DNA of 64,000 bases from contig MU053652.1 of assembly GCA_013239625.1 (NCBI GenBank), forward strand, positions 3,709,902-3,773,901, in the 5' to 3' direction. The first letter of the stretch is position 1; every line of letters begins with the position of its first letter. The notes beneath the pieces were generated by a model that was not told the DNA's origin, searched no databases, and worked only from the letters and a program-made list of their open reading frames with translations. Origin of the DNA: Lama guanicoe. Taxonomy: Eukaryota. Shown piece after piece: positions 63,467 through 64,000 of the stretch. The position numbers and the translations under genes were made by a program.

Positions 63467-64000
63467 GTAGGGAGCGGATAGGGACTCAGGAAGTTCTGGG
63501 AGACCTGGCTGGGTGAGGGAATGCGTGCAGGCTCGGGAGGGGTTAATGTGGAGCCTCTCTCCTCCCCCTTTTCGGCCTGTTGGGCCCTGTGCCTTTCTCC
63601 TGATCTTCCCAGTCCCGGCCTCGGCGCACCACGCCCCATCTCTGGCGGCGCTGAGAGGGACATCAAGGCCCCGCGATTCGCCGGGTCAGTCCGCTTGGGA
63701 TGGGGGTCTTGCCTCCTCCTCTGGCTGCGACAACCAGGGCCGGAGCAGGCCCCGCCTAGAAGTCAGACCTATTGAAAGGTTCATATCCGAACCATCACTC
63801 TCGGCCCCTCCCAGCTAGGCAGGGGCGGGAGTGTAGACCCTCACTGCCACCATCTACTCCCTTCTCTCGAGTCCAGGACACAGTGCTAATGGTCTTCAAT
63901 CTTAATACAAGAGATCTTTAGATTTGATGGGAGTATCGGCTAGGCACCTTCCTTTTTAGGGGCTTTTCAACCTCCAGACATACTGGGGTCGATCGGGAGA

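Larger units (their letters stand above)
59800..64000. promoter_or_regulatory. Large CpG-rich region, probable upstream CpG island of the miR-183/96/182 primary transcript
   Basis: CpG-dense blocks at ~59.8-60.2, 60.8-61.2 and 61.6-63.8 kb; identity inferred from synteny, hairpins not seen in the window. Confidence 0.65.

Noticed and set aside
63007..63818. Multiple 60-143 aa ORFs at the terminal CpG island
   Set aside because: GC-rich chance frames with no recognisable homology, overlapping a promoter-like region
1..64000. CRISPR arrays, operons or prokaryotic defence systems
   Set aside because: The sequence is clearly mammalian (spliceosomal introns, LINEs and SINEs); no repeat-spacer array is present

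Overview
Mammalian genomic DNA, probably camelid (inferred from four copies of a tRNA-derived SINE resembling the camelid Vic-1 family and a cetartiodactyl-type L1 3' end). Positions 1-22.7 kb are the 3' part of UBE2H on the + strand: three coding exons (1079-1131, 14462-14590, 18263-18387) that splice in frame to ...[101 protein letters not shown], then a ~4.3 kb 3'UTR containing a near-perfect 181-bp tandem duplication. The rest is repeat-rich intergenic DNA (L1, L2, MIR, MaLR LTRs, hAT/Tigger elements, SINEs) with an orphan CpG island at ~26.1-26.75 kb and a large CpG-rich region at ~59.8-64 kb. The latter contains a + strand GC-box/TATA/Inr promoter and a first-exon splice donor. By the known UBE2H - miR-183/96/182 - NRF1 synteny this is most likely the promoter of the miR-183 cluster primary transcript; I did not find the hairpins themselves in the window. 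Apart from L1 remnants, the listed ORFs do not look like real genes. Repeat family names are recognised by eye, with approximate boundaries. The best leads are regulatory: a candidate poison or alternative last exon in UBE2H, the 3'UTR duplication, a candidate spliced transcript from the orphan island, a short ORF in the putative pri-miRNA first exon, and motif clusters suggesting sensory-cell enhancers.
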